A DNA stretch of 64,000 bases, from positions 285,422-349,421 of the forward strand of contig CAZKBS010000001.1 in the NCBI GenBank assembly GCA_964551435.1. Reading direction: 5' to 3'. The DNA comes from an uncultured Micavibrio sp. (GTDB lineage: Bacteria; Pseudomonadota; Alphaproteobacteria; Micavibrionales; UBA2020). Below are positions 34,713 through 42,994 of this stretch, in pieces. The notes beneath the pieces are model-generated. The model did not search any database. It was not told the DNA's origin and worked only from the letters and a program-made list of their open reading frames with translations. The stretch's first letter is position 1, and every line of letters begins with the position of its first letter. The position numbers were made by a program, and so were the translations under genes.

Positions 34713-37263
34713 TGATGATCCTGTTCGGCACGACGATGATTTTCTTGGGCGCTTTGCCCTCCAGCGCTTTTTGCACGGCGGGGTCTTCCATTGCGGCTTT
34801 TTCGGCGGCGCTTTGTTCGATGTCGCGCGGGAGCTGCACGGTTGCGCGCAGTTTGCCGTTGACCTGAATGGCGATGGTGACGGTGTCGTTGGCCAGCAGG
34901 GATTCGTCTGCCTGCGGCCAGTGTTCATCGACCACCAGCGTCGCATGACCCAGATGCGCCCACAGCTCTTCTGCAAGGTGCGGCATCATCGGGGCCATCA
35001 GCTTGATCATCGCCACGATACCTTCGCGGCGCACAGCGGCATCGCCGCCCTGCGTGGTGAAGTCTTCGAGCGCGTTCGAAAGCTCGCGCAGGCGCGCAAC
35101 CGATTTGTTGAAATGGAAACGGTCCAGATCCTGCGTCATTTCATGAATGGTTTTGTGGATTTTGCGGCGCATTGCATCGCTGTCGGCCTTGCCGGTGGCG
35201 GCGGGCGCGTCATCCTGCATCATAATCAGACGCCAGACGCGGTTGACGTATTTCCACGCGCCTTCGATACCGCTTTCCGTCCATTCCAGATCGCGCTCCG
35301 GCGGGCTGTCGGACAGAATGAACAAACGTGCGGCATCGGCGCCGTAGGTCTCCAGAATTTCCACGGGATCGACCGTGTTTTTCTTGGACTTCGACATTTT
35401 TTCGATGCGGCCGACAGTCACGGGGGACTGGTCGGCTTTTTTGTAAACGGCGTTACCGCTGAATTCGATTTCGGCGGGGTAAAGCCATTTGCCGTTCTGG
35501 TCTTTGTAGGTTTCATGCGTGACCATGCCCTGCGTGAACAGCGCGGTGAACGGCTCGTCAAAATTCAGATAGCCGCATTTTTTGAGGGCGCGGGTAAAGA
35601 ATCGCGCGTACAAAAGGTGCATGACCGCATGTTCGACGCCGCCGATATACTGGTCGACCGGCGCCCAATACGCGACTTTGTCTTTGTCAAAGCCGCGCTC
35701 TTCGTTTTTCGGGTCGCAATAGCGGAACTGGTACCACGAACTTTCAAAAAACGTATCGAAAGTATCGGTTTCACGCTCCGCTTTGCCGCCGCATTCGGGG
35801 CAGGTGGTGTGTTTCCAAGTCGGGTGATGGGCAATCGGGTTGCCGGGCTGGTCGAAGCTGACGTCTTCGGGCAGCGTGACGGGCAGGTCTTTTTCCGGCA
35901 CCGGCACAATGCCGCAGGACGGGCAATGCACGATAGGCACGGGGCAGCCCCAGTAACGCTGGCGGCTGATGCCCCAGTCGCGCAGGCGGTATTGCGTGGT
36001 GCCTTTGCCCTTGCCGAGTTTTTCCATGCGGGCGATCGCTTCGCGTTTGGCGTCTTCGGACGTCAGGCCGTTCAGGAAATCGGAATGGTACAGCCTGCCC
36101 GGGCCGGTATAAGGCTCGTCGTCAATCGCGAAGGATTTCGGATCTTCGCCATCGGGAATGACCACGGGGATGATATCGAGCGCATATTTGCGGGCGAATT
36201 CGAAATCGCGCTGGTCATGCGCGGGGCAGCCGAAAATCGCGCCGGTGCCGTAATCCATCAAAACGAAGTTGGCGATGAATACGCGCAGCTTTTTATCGGT
36301 CATGAAGGGGTGAATGACTTCAAGCCCTGTATCGAAACCGATTTTCTCCGCCGTTTCCAAAACCGCTTCGGACGTGCCAAGGCGGCGGCATTCGGCGATG
36401 AAATCGCGCACGCCCGCATGTTTGTCGGCCAGCGCCGCGGCAATCGGATGGTCCGGCGACAGCGCAACAAACGACGCGCCGAACAGCGTATCGGGGCGCG
36501 TGGTGAAAACTTCGATGTCTTTGGCTTTCGCATCCGCGCTGGTCGCGTTCGGGGCGATGTCAAAGCGGAAATTCAGACCCTGCGATTTGCCGATCCAGTT
36601 TTCCTGCATGATGCGGACTTTTTCCGGCCAGCCGGGCAGGGTATCAAGGCCCGACAGCAGCTCATCCGCGAAATCGGTGATTTTCAGGAACCACTGTTTC
36701 AGCTTGCGGCGCTCCACCGGTGCGCCCGAACGCCAGCCGCAACCATCCACCACCTGTTCGTTGGCCAAAACGGTGTTTTCGACCGGATCCCAGTTGACGA
36801 AGCTTTCTTTCTGGTACGCCAGCCCCGCCTTCAGGAAGTCGAGGAAGAATTTCTGTTCATGTCTGTAGTATTCCGGCGTGCAGGTCGCAACTTCGCGGCC
36901 CCAGTCGATGGCAAGGCCCATCATGTCCATCTGACCCTTCATGACCGAAATGTTCTGGTGCGTCCAGGCGGCGGGGTGGGTTTTGTTTTCAATCGCGGCG
37001 TTTTCCGCGGGCAGGCCAAAGGCGTCCCAGCCCATGGGGTTCAGGACGTTAAAGCCCTGCGCGCGTTTGAAACGGGCGACGACGTCCGACAGCGTATAGT
37101 TGCGCACATGCCCCATATGCAGGCGTCCCGACGGATAGGGGAACATCGCAAGGGTATAAAACTTGGGTTTGCCCGCATCTTCGGAAACGGTAAAGCTGCC
37201 GCGGTCACGCCAGACCTTTTGCCAATGCGCTTCGGCGCGCTTGATATTATATCTGTCTTGCAT
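34699..37263 (-). CDS. leuS: leucine--tRNA ligase
   Basis: 854 aa with the class I HIGH-like motif ([11 protein letters not shown]), the KMSKS motif and a CP1 editing domain. Confidence 0.98.
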   Translation of the reverse strand: MQDRYNIKRAEAHWQKVWRDRGSFTVSEDAGKPKFYTLAMFPYPSGRLHMGHVRNYTLSDVVARFKRAQGFNVLNPMGWDAFGLPAENAAIENKTHPAAWTHQNISVMKGQMDMMGLAIDWGREVATCTPEYYRHEQKFFLDFLKAGLAYQKESFVNWDPVENTVLANEQVVDGCGWRSGAPVERRKLKQWFLKITDFADELLSGLDTLPGWPEKVRIMQENWIGKSQGLNFRFDIAPNATSADAKAKDIEVFTTRPDTLFGASFVALSPDHPIAAALADKHAGVRDFIAECRRLGTSEAVLETAEKIGFDTGLEVIHPFMTDKKLRVFIANFVLMDYGTGAIFGCPAHDQRDFEFARKYALDIIPVVIPDGEDPKSFAIDDEPYTGPGRLYHSDFLNGLTSEDAKREAIARMEKLGKGKGTTQYRLRDWGISRQRYWGCPVPIVHCPSCGIVPVPEKDLPVTLPEDVSFDQPGNPIAHHPTWKHTTCPECGGKAERETDTFDTFFESSWYQFRYCDPKNEERGFDKDKVAYWAPVDQYIGGVEHAVMHLLYARFFTRALKKCGYLNFDEPFTALFTQGMVTHETYKDQNGKWLYPAEIEFSGNAVYKKADQSPVTVGRIEKMSKSKKNTVDPVEILETYGADAARLFILSDSPPERDLEWTESGIEGAWKYVNRVWRLIMMQDDAPAATGKADSDAMRRKIHKTIHEMTQDLDRFHFNKSVARLRELSNALEDFTTQGGDAAVRREGIVAMIKLMAPMMPHLAEELWAHLGHATLVVDEHWPQADESLLANDTVTIAIQVNGKLRATVQLPRDIEQSAAEKAAMEDPAVQKALEGKAPKKIIVVPNRIINVVG

Positions 37264-37341
37264 AGGGATATGTCCTTCAGGTCGGAAACCTGCCGGCGTC
37301 GGCGCCTGTATGCCGCGCCGCGCGGCGGGCGGGTAAAAGGC

Positions 37342-37923
37342 TTAGTTCATACGGCCCATTTGCGCGACGCGCAGTTCGCGCGCGCGGGTCAGAATGGCGT
37401 TTTCGATGCCAAGGCCCATTTCGGGGGGCACCGCCGCATCGCGCCAGTTGCCGCCCTGTTTGGCCTGTTTGAACACGGCAACGCGCACGCCGTCAGAACG
37501 CAGCTGGCGGTCAAGAATGAACACGTTCAGCTTGAAGCGTTCGCCCGGCACATCGGGGTTTTCGTACCAGTCGGTCAGGATAACGCCGCCAAACGGGTCG
37601 GCGGATGCCAGCGGCATAAACGACACCGTATCCAGCGACGCGCGCCACAGGAAACTGTTGACGCCAATGCCTGCGCCGCCTTGCGACGGTTCGTCATCGC
37701 TGCCGAACAGTTTGTCGCCCAGCGATTTGCCTTCGCCGAAAATCGTTTCGCGCTTCTGGTCGCTATAGACGATTTTATCCGACCCTTTCGGACGGGTGGG
37801 GTAGCTGGCTTCGCGCTTGACGTTCTCGCCGCAGCCCGCCAAAAGCAAAAGCGCCGCCAGCACCGGCAAAAAGCGGCGCAGGAAAAAAACGGGGCGCGAA
37901 GTCGGGCGGGCGGTCTGTGTCAT
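37342..37923 (-). CDS. DUF3576-type lipoprotein
   Basis: LLLLAGC lipobox and the conserved core FLWRASLDTVSFMPLASADPFGGVILTDWY. Confidence 0.75.
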   Translation of the reverse strand: MTQTARPTSRPVFFLRRFLPVLAALLLLAGCGENVKREASYPTRPKGSDKIVYSDQKRETIFGEGKSLGDKLFGSDDEPSQGGAGIGVNSFLWRASLDTVSFMPLASADPFGGVILTDWYENPDVPGERFKLNVFILDRQLRSDGVRVAVFKQAKQGGNWRDAAVPPEMGLGIENAILTRARELRVAQMGRMN

Positions 37924-37949
37924 ATCGGTTGTCCTGTTTGCTTATATGC

Positions 37950-38138
37950 TTATATATAGAGAGAATTAAATACCACGAACCCACCCGCGCGTACAATAAG
38001 AAGGCAGACGGCAATAAGCGTCGCCCGCAAGCGCGCAAACCCCGCAGCGTCAATCACAGCCACAAGGTCGGCGCGGCTGGAGTCGCCCTTTAAAACGCGC
38101 GGCGGCGCGGCCTGTTCCGCGCTTTGCAGGCGGGCCAT
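37950..38138 (-). CDS. possible small membrane protein (62 aa)
   Basis: The ORF ends 27 nt upstream of the DUF3576 gene on the same strand. It has GC3-rich codons and a C-terminal hydrophobic segment. No homology recognised. Confidence 0.25.
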   Translation of the reverse strand: MARLQSAEQAAPPRVLKGDSSRADLVAVIDAAGFARLRATLIAVCLLIVRAGGFVVFNSLYI

Positions 38139-38428
38139 GCGCGGCTAACGGCAATATGAAAAACAGGGCAAAAGAGGGGTAAAACCCCGCCGAATCCGCG
38201 GAATTCCACAAAAAAAGCAGCATCATTTTACCTAAAGCGCGAAACCGTGATGTTGCGCGGATGTCACACAGACCCCCGTATGTGGGTTTCCGGCCTTTGT
38301 TCAGGTTGACCGTGCGCCGTGCCCTCGGATATTTCTTTTGTAACGGTGAAGAAGACATTCATTGTCTTCATCTCACTCAAGTCAAAAACGCTCACGAAAT
38401 TCTTCGGGGCACTTTGGAGGAAAACACA

Positions 38429-39484
38429 ATGAAAAAGGTACTTCTCGCAGGTACGGCTCTCGTGGCAGCAGCGCTCGTCGCTTCGCCCGCTCAAGCCGAA
38501 CTGAAACTTGGCCTCGGCGGCCATTTCAAAGGCTACGGCGTCTACGTTGATGAAGATGCTGAAGTTGCTGATCAGCGCGATTTCGAATTCCGCAAAAACA
38601 CCGAAGTTCACTTCACCGGCGAAACCACGCTGGACAACGGCCTGACCGTTGGCGTTCATGTTGAGCAAGAAGTCGAGAACGACAACAACAACAACGAATC
38701 CTACGCATACTTCTCCGGCGGCTGGGGTCGCGTTAACTTCGGTAACGAAGATGGCGCCGCTTACCTGCTGCAAGTTGCTGCTCCCTCTGCTGACAGCAAC
38801 GTTGACGGTCTGCGTTCCTACATCAGCGGTTTCCAGTCTGACGTTGATCTGGACTACGATCTCGCTCACTTCGGCAACAGCCCCTCGGACAACCGCAACG
38901 GTTCTTCCCCGGCTGACCGCATCACCTACCTGACGCCGAAATTCAACGGCTTCCAGGCTGGTGTTTCTTATGCACCCGATGCAACTCTTGAAAACGGTAT
39001 TGCCAACATGGGCAACGCTGGTTTCGAAGATGCTTGGGAAATCGCTGCACGCTGGGATGGCCAGTTTGAAGGCGTAGGCATCAGCATTGGCGCGGGCTAC
39101 AGCACCGTTGACCAAGTTGGTGGCGGCGCTGAGCCGGAAGGCTGGAACGTTGGTATCAACCTCGCTTGGAACGCGTTCTCCTTCGGTGCAGTATATCTCG
39201 ATGAAGAAGATGCTGACTATGCAACGCCTGGCCTCGACACCAAAACCTGGGTTGTTGGCGCAGCTTGAGACAACGGTCCCTGGCACGTTGGTGCATCCTA
39301 CCTCGCTCGTGAAGACGACAACGCTGGTACGGATCTCGACAGCTACAAAGCGACCCTCGGTGGCGGCTACACCTTCGGCCCGGGCATGACCTTCCGTGGC
39401 GCACTCGCTTGGGGCGAAGCTCCGATCGGTGCTGCTGAAGAAGAGTTCACCCAAGTTACGCTGGGTACCGACATCAGCTTCTAA
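38429..39484 (+). pseudogene. alphaproteobacterial general porin interrupted by an in-frame TGA (39266-39268)
   Basis: GGAGG Shine-Dalgarno element plus ATG 38429, with signal peptide MKKVLLAGTALVAAALVASPAQA. After the TGA the same frame continues DNGPWHVGASYLA...QVTLGTDISF* with the classic C-terminal Phe. The terminator follows only this second segment. Confidence 0.7.
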
Positions 39485-39529
39485 TGTTGTGCAGGTGTAA
39501 ACCTGCCTTCATCGGAACTTGATAAAGAG

Positions 39530-39561
39530 GGGCGGCCCCATAAAGGCCGCCCTTTCTTTTT
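39530..39561 (+). terminator. Rho-independent terminator after the porin gene
   Basis: GGGCGGCC 39530-39537 pairs with GGCCGCCC 39545-39552, followed by TTTCTTTTT. A smaller hairpin GCAGGT/ACCTGC lies at 39491-39506. Confidence 0.75.
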
Positions 39562-39612
39562 GTTTGTTGCCTTTTAATTTTTTGCGCGCCTTTCCTTTTA
39601 TCTGTTTCGCGT

Positions 39613-39634
39613 CCCGCCCCTGTGGCGGGTTTTT
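39613..39634 (+). terminator. second tandem Rho-independent terminator
   Basis: CCCGCC 39613-39618 pairs with GGCGGG 39624-39629, followed by TTTTT. Confidence 0.6.
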
Positions 39635-39753
39635 GGTTTTTGCGGGCTTGGGTTTTGCGCTCGCCTCTTTTCCCCGCTGCTGTTTCTGGCGGTTGCCAGC
39701 CCCGCCGCTTTCGGGCAGTCTTGAAAACACATGGCGCGAAAGGTGGTCTCCTG

Positions 39754-39987
39754 ATGATTCTGCTGGGATTGATTTTTATTGTGGTGGTGGCGCTGGCCGT
39801 GGTCGCGGCGGCGCGTCCGTGGGCGGGGTCAAAAATGGATATTTGCACCGCCGATAACCCGATGCCCGCCGGCGGTACCGAATCCCGCTGGTATCATCCC
39901 GATACCGATAAAATCGCCGATGACGGTTTGCATGTACAGCTGCGCTGCCGTCATTGCGGGCTTGAGATCGACCACGTCCCCGATTGA
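39754..39987 (+). CDS. small single-pass membrane protein (77 aa)
   Basis: MILLGLIFIVVVALAVVAAA TM segment, then a short domain with C...CRHC. The start is preceded by GAAAGGTGG. Confidence 0.4.
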   Translation: MILLGLIFIVVVALAVVAAARPWAGSKMDICTADNPMPAGGTESRWYHPDTDKIADDGLHVQLRCRHCGLEIDHVPD

Positions 39988-40052
39988 CGGAATCTGCTTG
40001 AAATCCCGCCCCTGCGGACTAGATTGGCGGGGAGATAAAACAGGAGAGGGAT

Positions 40053-40811
40053 TTGCATAAACAATCTGGATACAAATACCAAAACCCCGCCGCCGTTGCG
40101 ATGGCGGCCTTCATGTCGTTCTTTGCCGAAGGCGCTTCGGCCAACAGCAATTCCGCCGTTGGCGGTGCGACGGTCGATGCGGGCAAAACCGCGATTGAAT
40201 GGCGCCTTGCGATGTCCGAAGACGACGATAACGCCGGACAAGACCAGCGCGTACGTACGCGCGTACATATAGATCACGCTTTTTCAGACCTTTACGCAGC
40301 CCGTCTGGTTTACAGCATGGATAGACGCAAGGGCGACAACCTTGAATTCGACGGCCTCAGCCTCCAAAATCGGTTTCATCTTCTGAAAAAAGAAGACTAT
40401 GGTTTTGATGGCGGCATCCGCCTGAACTATACCTTTGCCGATGGCGACAAAAAACCCGACGTGCTGTCGCTGCGCTTTTACCAGCAAATCCCCTACAAGG
40501 CATGGGAAGTCCGTTTCAACCAGATCATCGAAACCGAAATCGGCGAAGACCGCGATGGCGGCATGCTGGCGGAATGGCGCTCGCAGGTGACTTATGCGGT
40601 CAATGACAATCTGCGCGTGGGCCTTGATGCCTTTCATGACTTCGGCAATCTGGATGAACAATCCGGCTACAGCGATCAGGAACACGCCGTCGGCCCCGTG
40701 GTCAAGGCGAAGCTGGGCGGCGGCTACAGCCTCGAAGCGGCGTACCGCGTCGGTATCTCCGATGCCTCTGCCGACCAGTCGGGCACCTTTATCCTGACCA
40801 AAAGCTGGTAA
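40053..40811 (+). CDS. putative outer-membrane beta-barrel protein
   Basis: TTG start with a strong AGGAGAGGG Shine-Dalgarno element. The signal-like N-terminus ends in ASA. Alternating amphipathic strands run through the protein, and the C-terminus is aromatic (...FILTKSW). Confidence 0.65.
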   Translation: MHKQSGYKYQNPAAVAMAAFMSFFAEGASANSNSAVGGATVDAGKTAIEWRLAMSEDDDNAGQDQRVRTRVHIDHAFSDLYAARLVYSMDRRKGDNLEFDGLSLQNRFHLLKKEDYGFDGGIRLNYTFADGDKKPDVLSLRFYQQIPYKAWEVRFNQIIETEIGEDRDGGMLAEWRSQVTYAVNDNLRVGLDAFHDFGNLDEQSGYSDQEHAVGPVVKAKLGGGYSLEAAYRVGISDASADQSGTFILTKSW

Positions 40812-40908
40812 ACCCGCCGCGCCTTCTGCGGCTCTGCAGGGTGTTCTGGCGTTTTGACTTTCACGCGGCGGCGTCCCTATAATGGCGGACGTTTCAGCGG
40901 GGGGCTTC

Positions 40909-41604
40909 ATGCATCTTAAGTATATTTCCATCACCGGCGCCGATGATGCCGTCGATCCGTCGCATCTGGTGGCGCTGTCGCGCGAATTTCCGGCGGCGGA
41001 ATGGGCGATTTTGCTGCTGCCGCCGCGCGCGGGCACGCCACGTTTTCCCAAACTTGACTGGATAAAATCCTTCGCGCAAAAAGCGGCCGGCTGCCATACC
41101 GCCATGCATTTGTGCGGCGAGGCGCTGCTGGGTTTCGTCGCGGGCGAGGCCTCCATTCTGGATGCCATGCAGGGCTTTTCGCGTATCCAGCTGAATTTGA
41201 AATTCGGTGATGTGGAGGGCAAGTACGATGCGGGCGCCCTTCTCAAACGCGTGGCCGACAACCCGCGCTGGCAATTCATCATTCAATACGCCAAGGACAA
41301 ACAGGGGCTGCTGCCGCTGCTCAAGGATATTCCCAATCATGCCGTGCTGTTCGACGAATCCGCCGGACGCGGCATTTCCCCCGATACGTGGGATGCGCCG
41401 CTGGCGGGGCATTTCTGCGGGTATGCGGGCGGGCTGCGCCCCGACAACGTCGCGCAAAATCTGGATGTGATTGCGAAGGTCGCGGCCGGACATGAAACGT
41501 GGATTGATATGGAAACCGGCGTGCGCACCGACGATGTTTTCGACCTCGGCAAAGTCCGCCGCGTGCTTGAAATCGCCAGCCCTTACGCCAAAAAAGCGGC
41601 CTGA
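40909..41604 (+). CDS. TIM-barrel protein resembling phosphoribosylanthranilate isomerase (TrpF-like)
   Basis: LKYISITGADD near the N-terminus, FDESAGRG, and GGLRPDNV resembling the TrpF phosphate-binding motifs. Start is ATG 40909 or 40882. The assignment is tentative. Confidence 0.5.
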   Translation: MHLKYISITGADDAVDPSHLVALSREFPAAEWAILLLPPRAGTPRFPKLDWIKSFAQKAAGCHTAMHLCGEALLGFVAGEASILDAMQGFSRIQLNLKFGDVEGKYDAGALLKRVADNPRWQFIIQYAKDKQGLLPLLKDIPNHAVLFDESAGRGISPDTWDAPLAGHFCGYAGGLRPDNVAQNLDVIAKVAAGHETWIDMETGVRTDDVFDLGKVRRVLEIASPYAKKAA

Positions 41605-41774
41605 TGCGTGCCCGCCTTGGCGGCGGGCGCGGCAAAGTGGTTGATTTAAATGCCCCGCGTGGTTAAATCATCCTCGTATTGTGCGCTGCGATACGGCGGA
41701 TTGTTCCGCGCGCGGCTGCGCGTATCCCGAATGGCTTTCGGCCTTTCACCCTCTTTGCAAAAGGAATGATGTTC

Positions 41775-42968
41775 ATGTCTCAAGCACAGGATCCCGTCGT
41801 CATCGTTGGCATGGCCCGCACGCCCATCGGCGCGTTTCAGGGTGATTTTTCGGCGCTCAGCGCCTCCGACCTCGGCAAAATCGCGGTCGAAGCTGCCGTC
41901 AGCCGCGCCGGTCTGAAGCCTGCGGACATCGAAGAAGTTCTCATGGGCTGCGTTTTGCAGGCCGGTCAAGGTCAGGCTCCCGCCCGTCAGGCCGCGCGCA
42001 AGGCGGGTCTGCCCGACAGCGTGCCGGCGACCACCATCAATAAAATGTGCGGCTCCGGCATGAAAGCGGCGATGCTGGCGCATGACAACCTGCTCGCCGG
42101 TGCGGCCAGTATCATGGTTGCGGGCGGCATGGAAAGCATGACCAACGCACCCTACCTGCTCGACAAGGCGCGCGGCGGTCTGCGCATGGGGCATGGCAAG
42201 GTCATGGACCACATGTTCCTCGATGGTCTCGAAGATGCCTACGACAAGGGCCAGCTGATGGGTGTGTTCGCCGACGAAACGGCGCGCAACTGCCAGATCA
42301 CCCGCGAAGATCAGGATAACTTCGCGCTGCTGTCGCTGACGCGCGCGCAGGAAGCGACCAAGGGCGGCGCCTTTGCTTCCGAAATCGTGCCTGTGGTCAT
42401 GAAATCCAAAACCGGCGATGTCACCGTGACCGAAGACGAAAGCCCCAAGCGCGCGAAGCCGGAGAAAATTCCGTCCCTCAAGCCCGCATTCGGCGCGGAT
42501 GGTACGGTGACGGCGGCAACCTCCAGTTCTATTTCCGACGGCGCGGCGGCACTGGTGATGATGCGCAAATCCGAAGCGGACAAACGCGGTCTTAAAATCA
42601 TCGCCACCATCCGCGGTCATGCCAGCCATGCGCAAAAACCGTCCGAATTCACCATCGCCCCCATCGGCGCGATGCAAAAACTGTTCGACAAAACGGGCTG
42701 GAGCGCCAAGGACGTCGATCTGTTTGAAATCAACGAAGCCTTCGCCGTGGTGACCCTCGCCGCGATGAAGGAAATGGGCCTGCCCGCCGACAAGGTCAAC
42801 GTGAACGGCGGCGCCTGCGCCCTCGGCCACCCCATCGGCGCCACGGGCGCGCGCATCATGGTGACGCTGCTGGCGGCCATGGAAAAACGCGGCGCGAAAC
42901 GCGGCGTTGCGGCGCTGTGCATCGGCGGCGGTGAAGGCACGGCGATTGCACTGGAGCGCGCGGCCTGA
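41775..42968 (+). CDS. acetyl-CoA C-acetyltransferase (biosynthetic-type thiolase)
   Basis: VVIVGMARTPIG, NKMCGSGMKA, NEAFA, GGACALGHPIGATG and CIGGGEG motifs. The ATG cluster at 41766-41775 lies behind AAAGGAA. Confidence 0.93.
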   Translation: MSQAQDPVVIVGMARTPIGAFQGDFSALSASDLGKIAVEAAVSRAGLKPADIEEVLMGCVLQAGQGQAPARQAARKAGLPDSVPATTINKMCGSGMKAAMLAHDNLLAGAASIMVAGGMESMTNAPYLLDKARGGLRMGHGKVMDHMFLDGLEDAYDKGQLMGVFADETARNCQITREDQDNFALLSLTRAQEATKGGAFASEIVPVVMKSKTGDVTVTEDESPKRAKPEKIPSLKPAFGADGTVTAATSSSISDGAAALVMMRKSEADKRGLKIIATIRGHASHAQKPSEFTIAPIGAMQKLFDKTGWSAKDVDLFEINEAFAVVTLAAMKEMGLPADKVNVNGGACALGHPIGATGARIMVTLLAAMEKRGAKRGVAALCIGGGEGTAIALERAA

Positions 42969-42994
42969 TCCAAAAGGCGCGCTGATATCCCTCC

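Noticed and set aside
34633-37959. A 1108-aa plus-strand ORF, the longest in the window.
   Set aside because: It is exactly antisense to leuS and the DUF3576 gene. Its translation is Arg/Ala/Gly/His/Phe-rich nonsense with no motifs, whereas the minus strand encodes an unmistakable LeuRS. It is a stop-poor antisense frame typical of GC-rich genomes.
39266-39268. The in-frame TGA in the porin read as selenocysteine or as a genome-wide UGA-to-Trp reassignment.
   Set aside because: There is no obvious SECIS-like hairpin immediately downstream, and no Sec context for a porin. Many genes in the window (dxs, mnmG, parA, chrA, guaC) end at TGA exactly where their families end, so TGA is a functional stop here.
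38264-39454. A 396-aa minus-strand ORF spanning the whole porin locus, including the in-frame TGA position.
   Set aside because: It might suggest that the real gene is on the minus strand. However, the plus strand has a Shine-Dalgarno element, a signal peptide, beta-barrel periodicity, a C-terminal Phe and a terminator, while the minus-strand product is low-complexity (V/A/G/E-rich).
39509-39730. A Lys-rich 73-aa minus-strand ORF (...KPKPAKTKNPPQGRDAKQIKGKARKKLKGNKQKE...) that looks like a histone-like basic protein.
   Set aside because: It is the complement of the pyrimidine-rich tract and runs straight through two plus-strand terminator hairpins. There is no Shine-Dalgarno element, so it is probably a compositional artefact.
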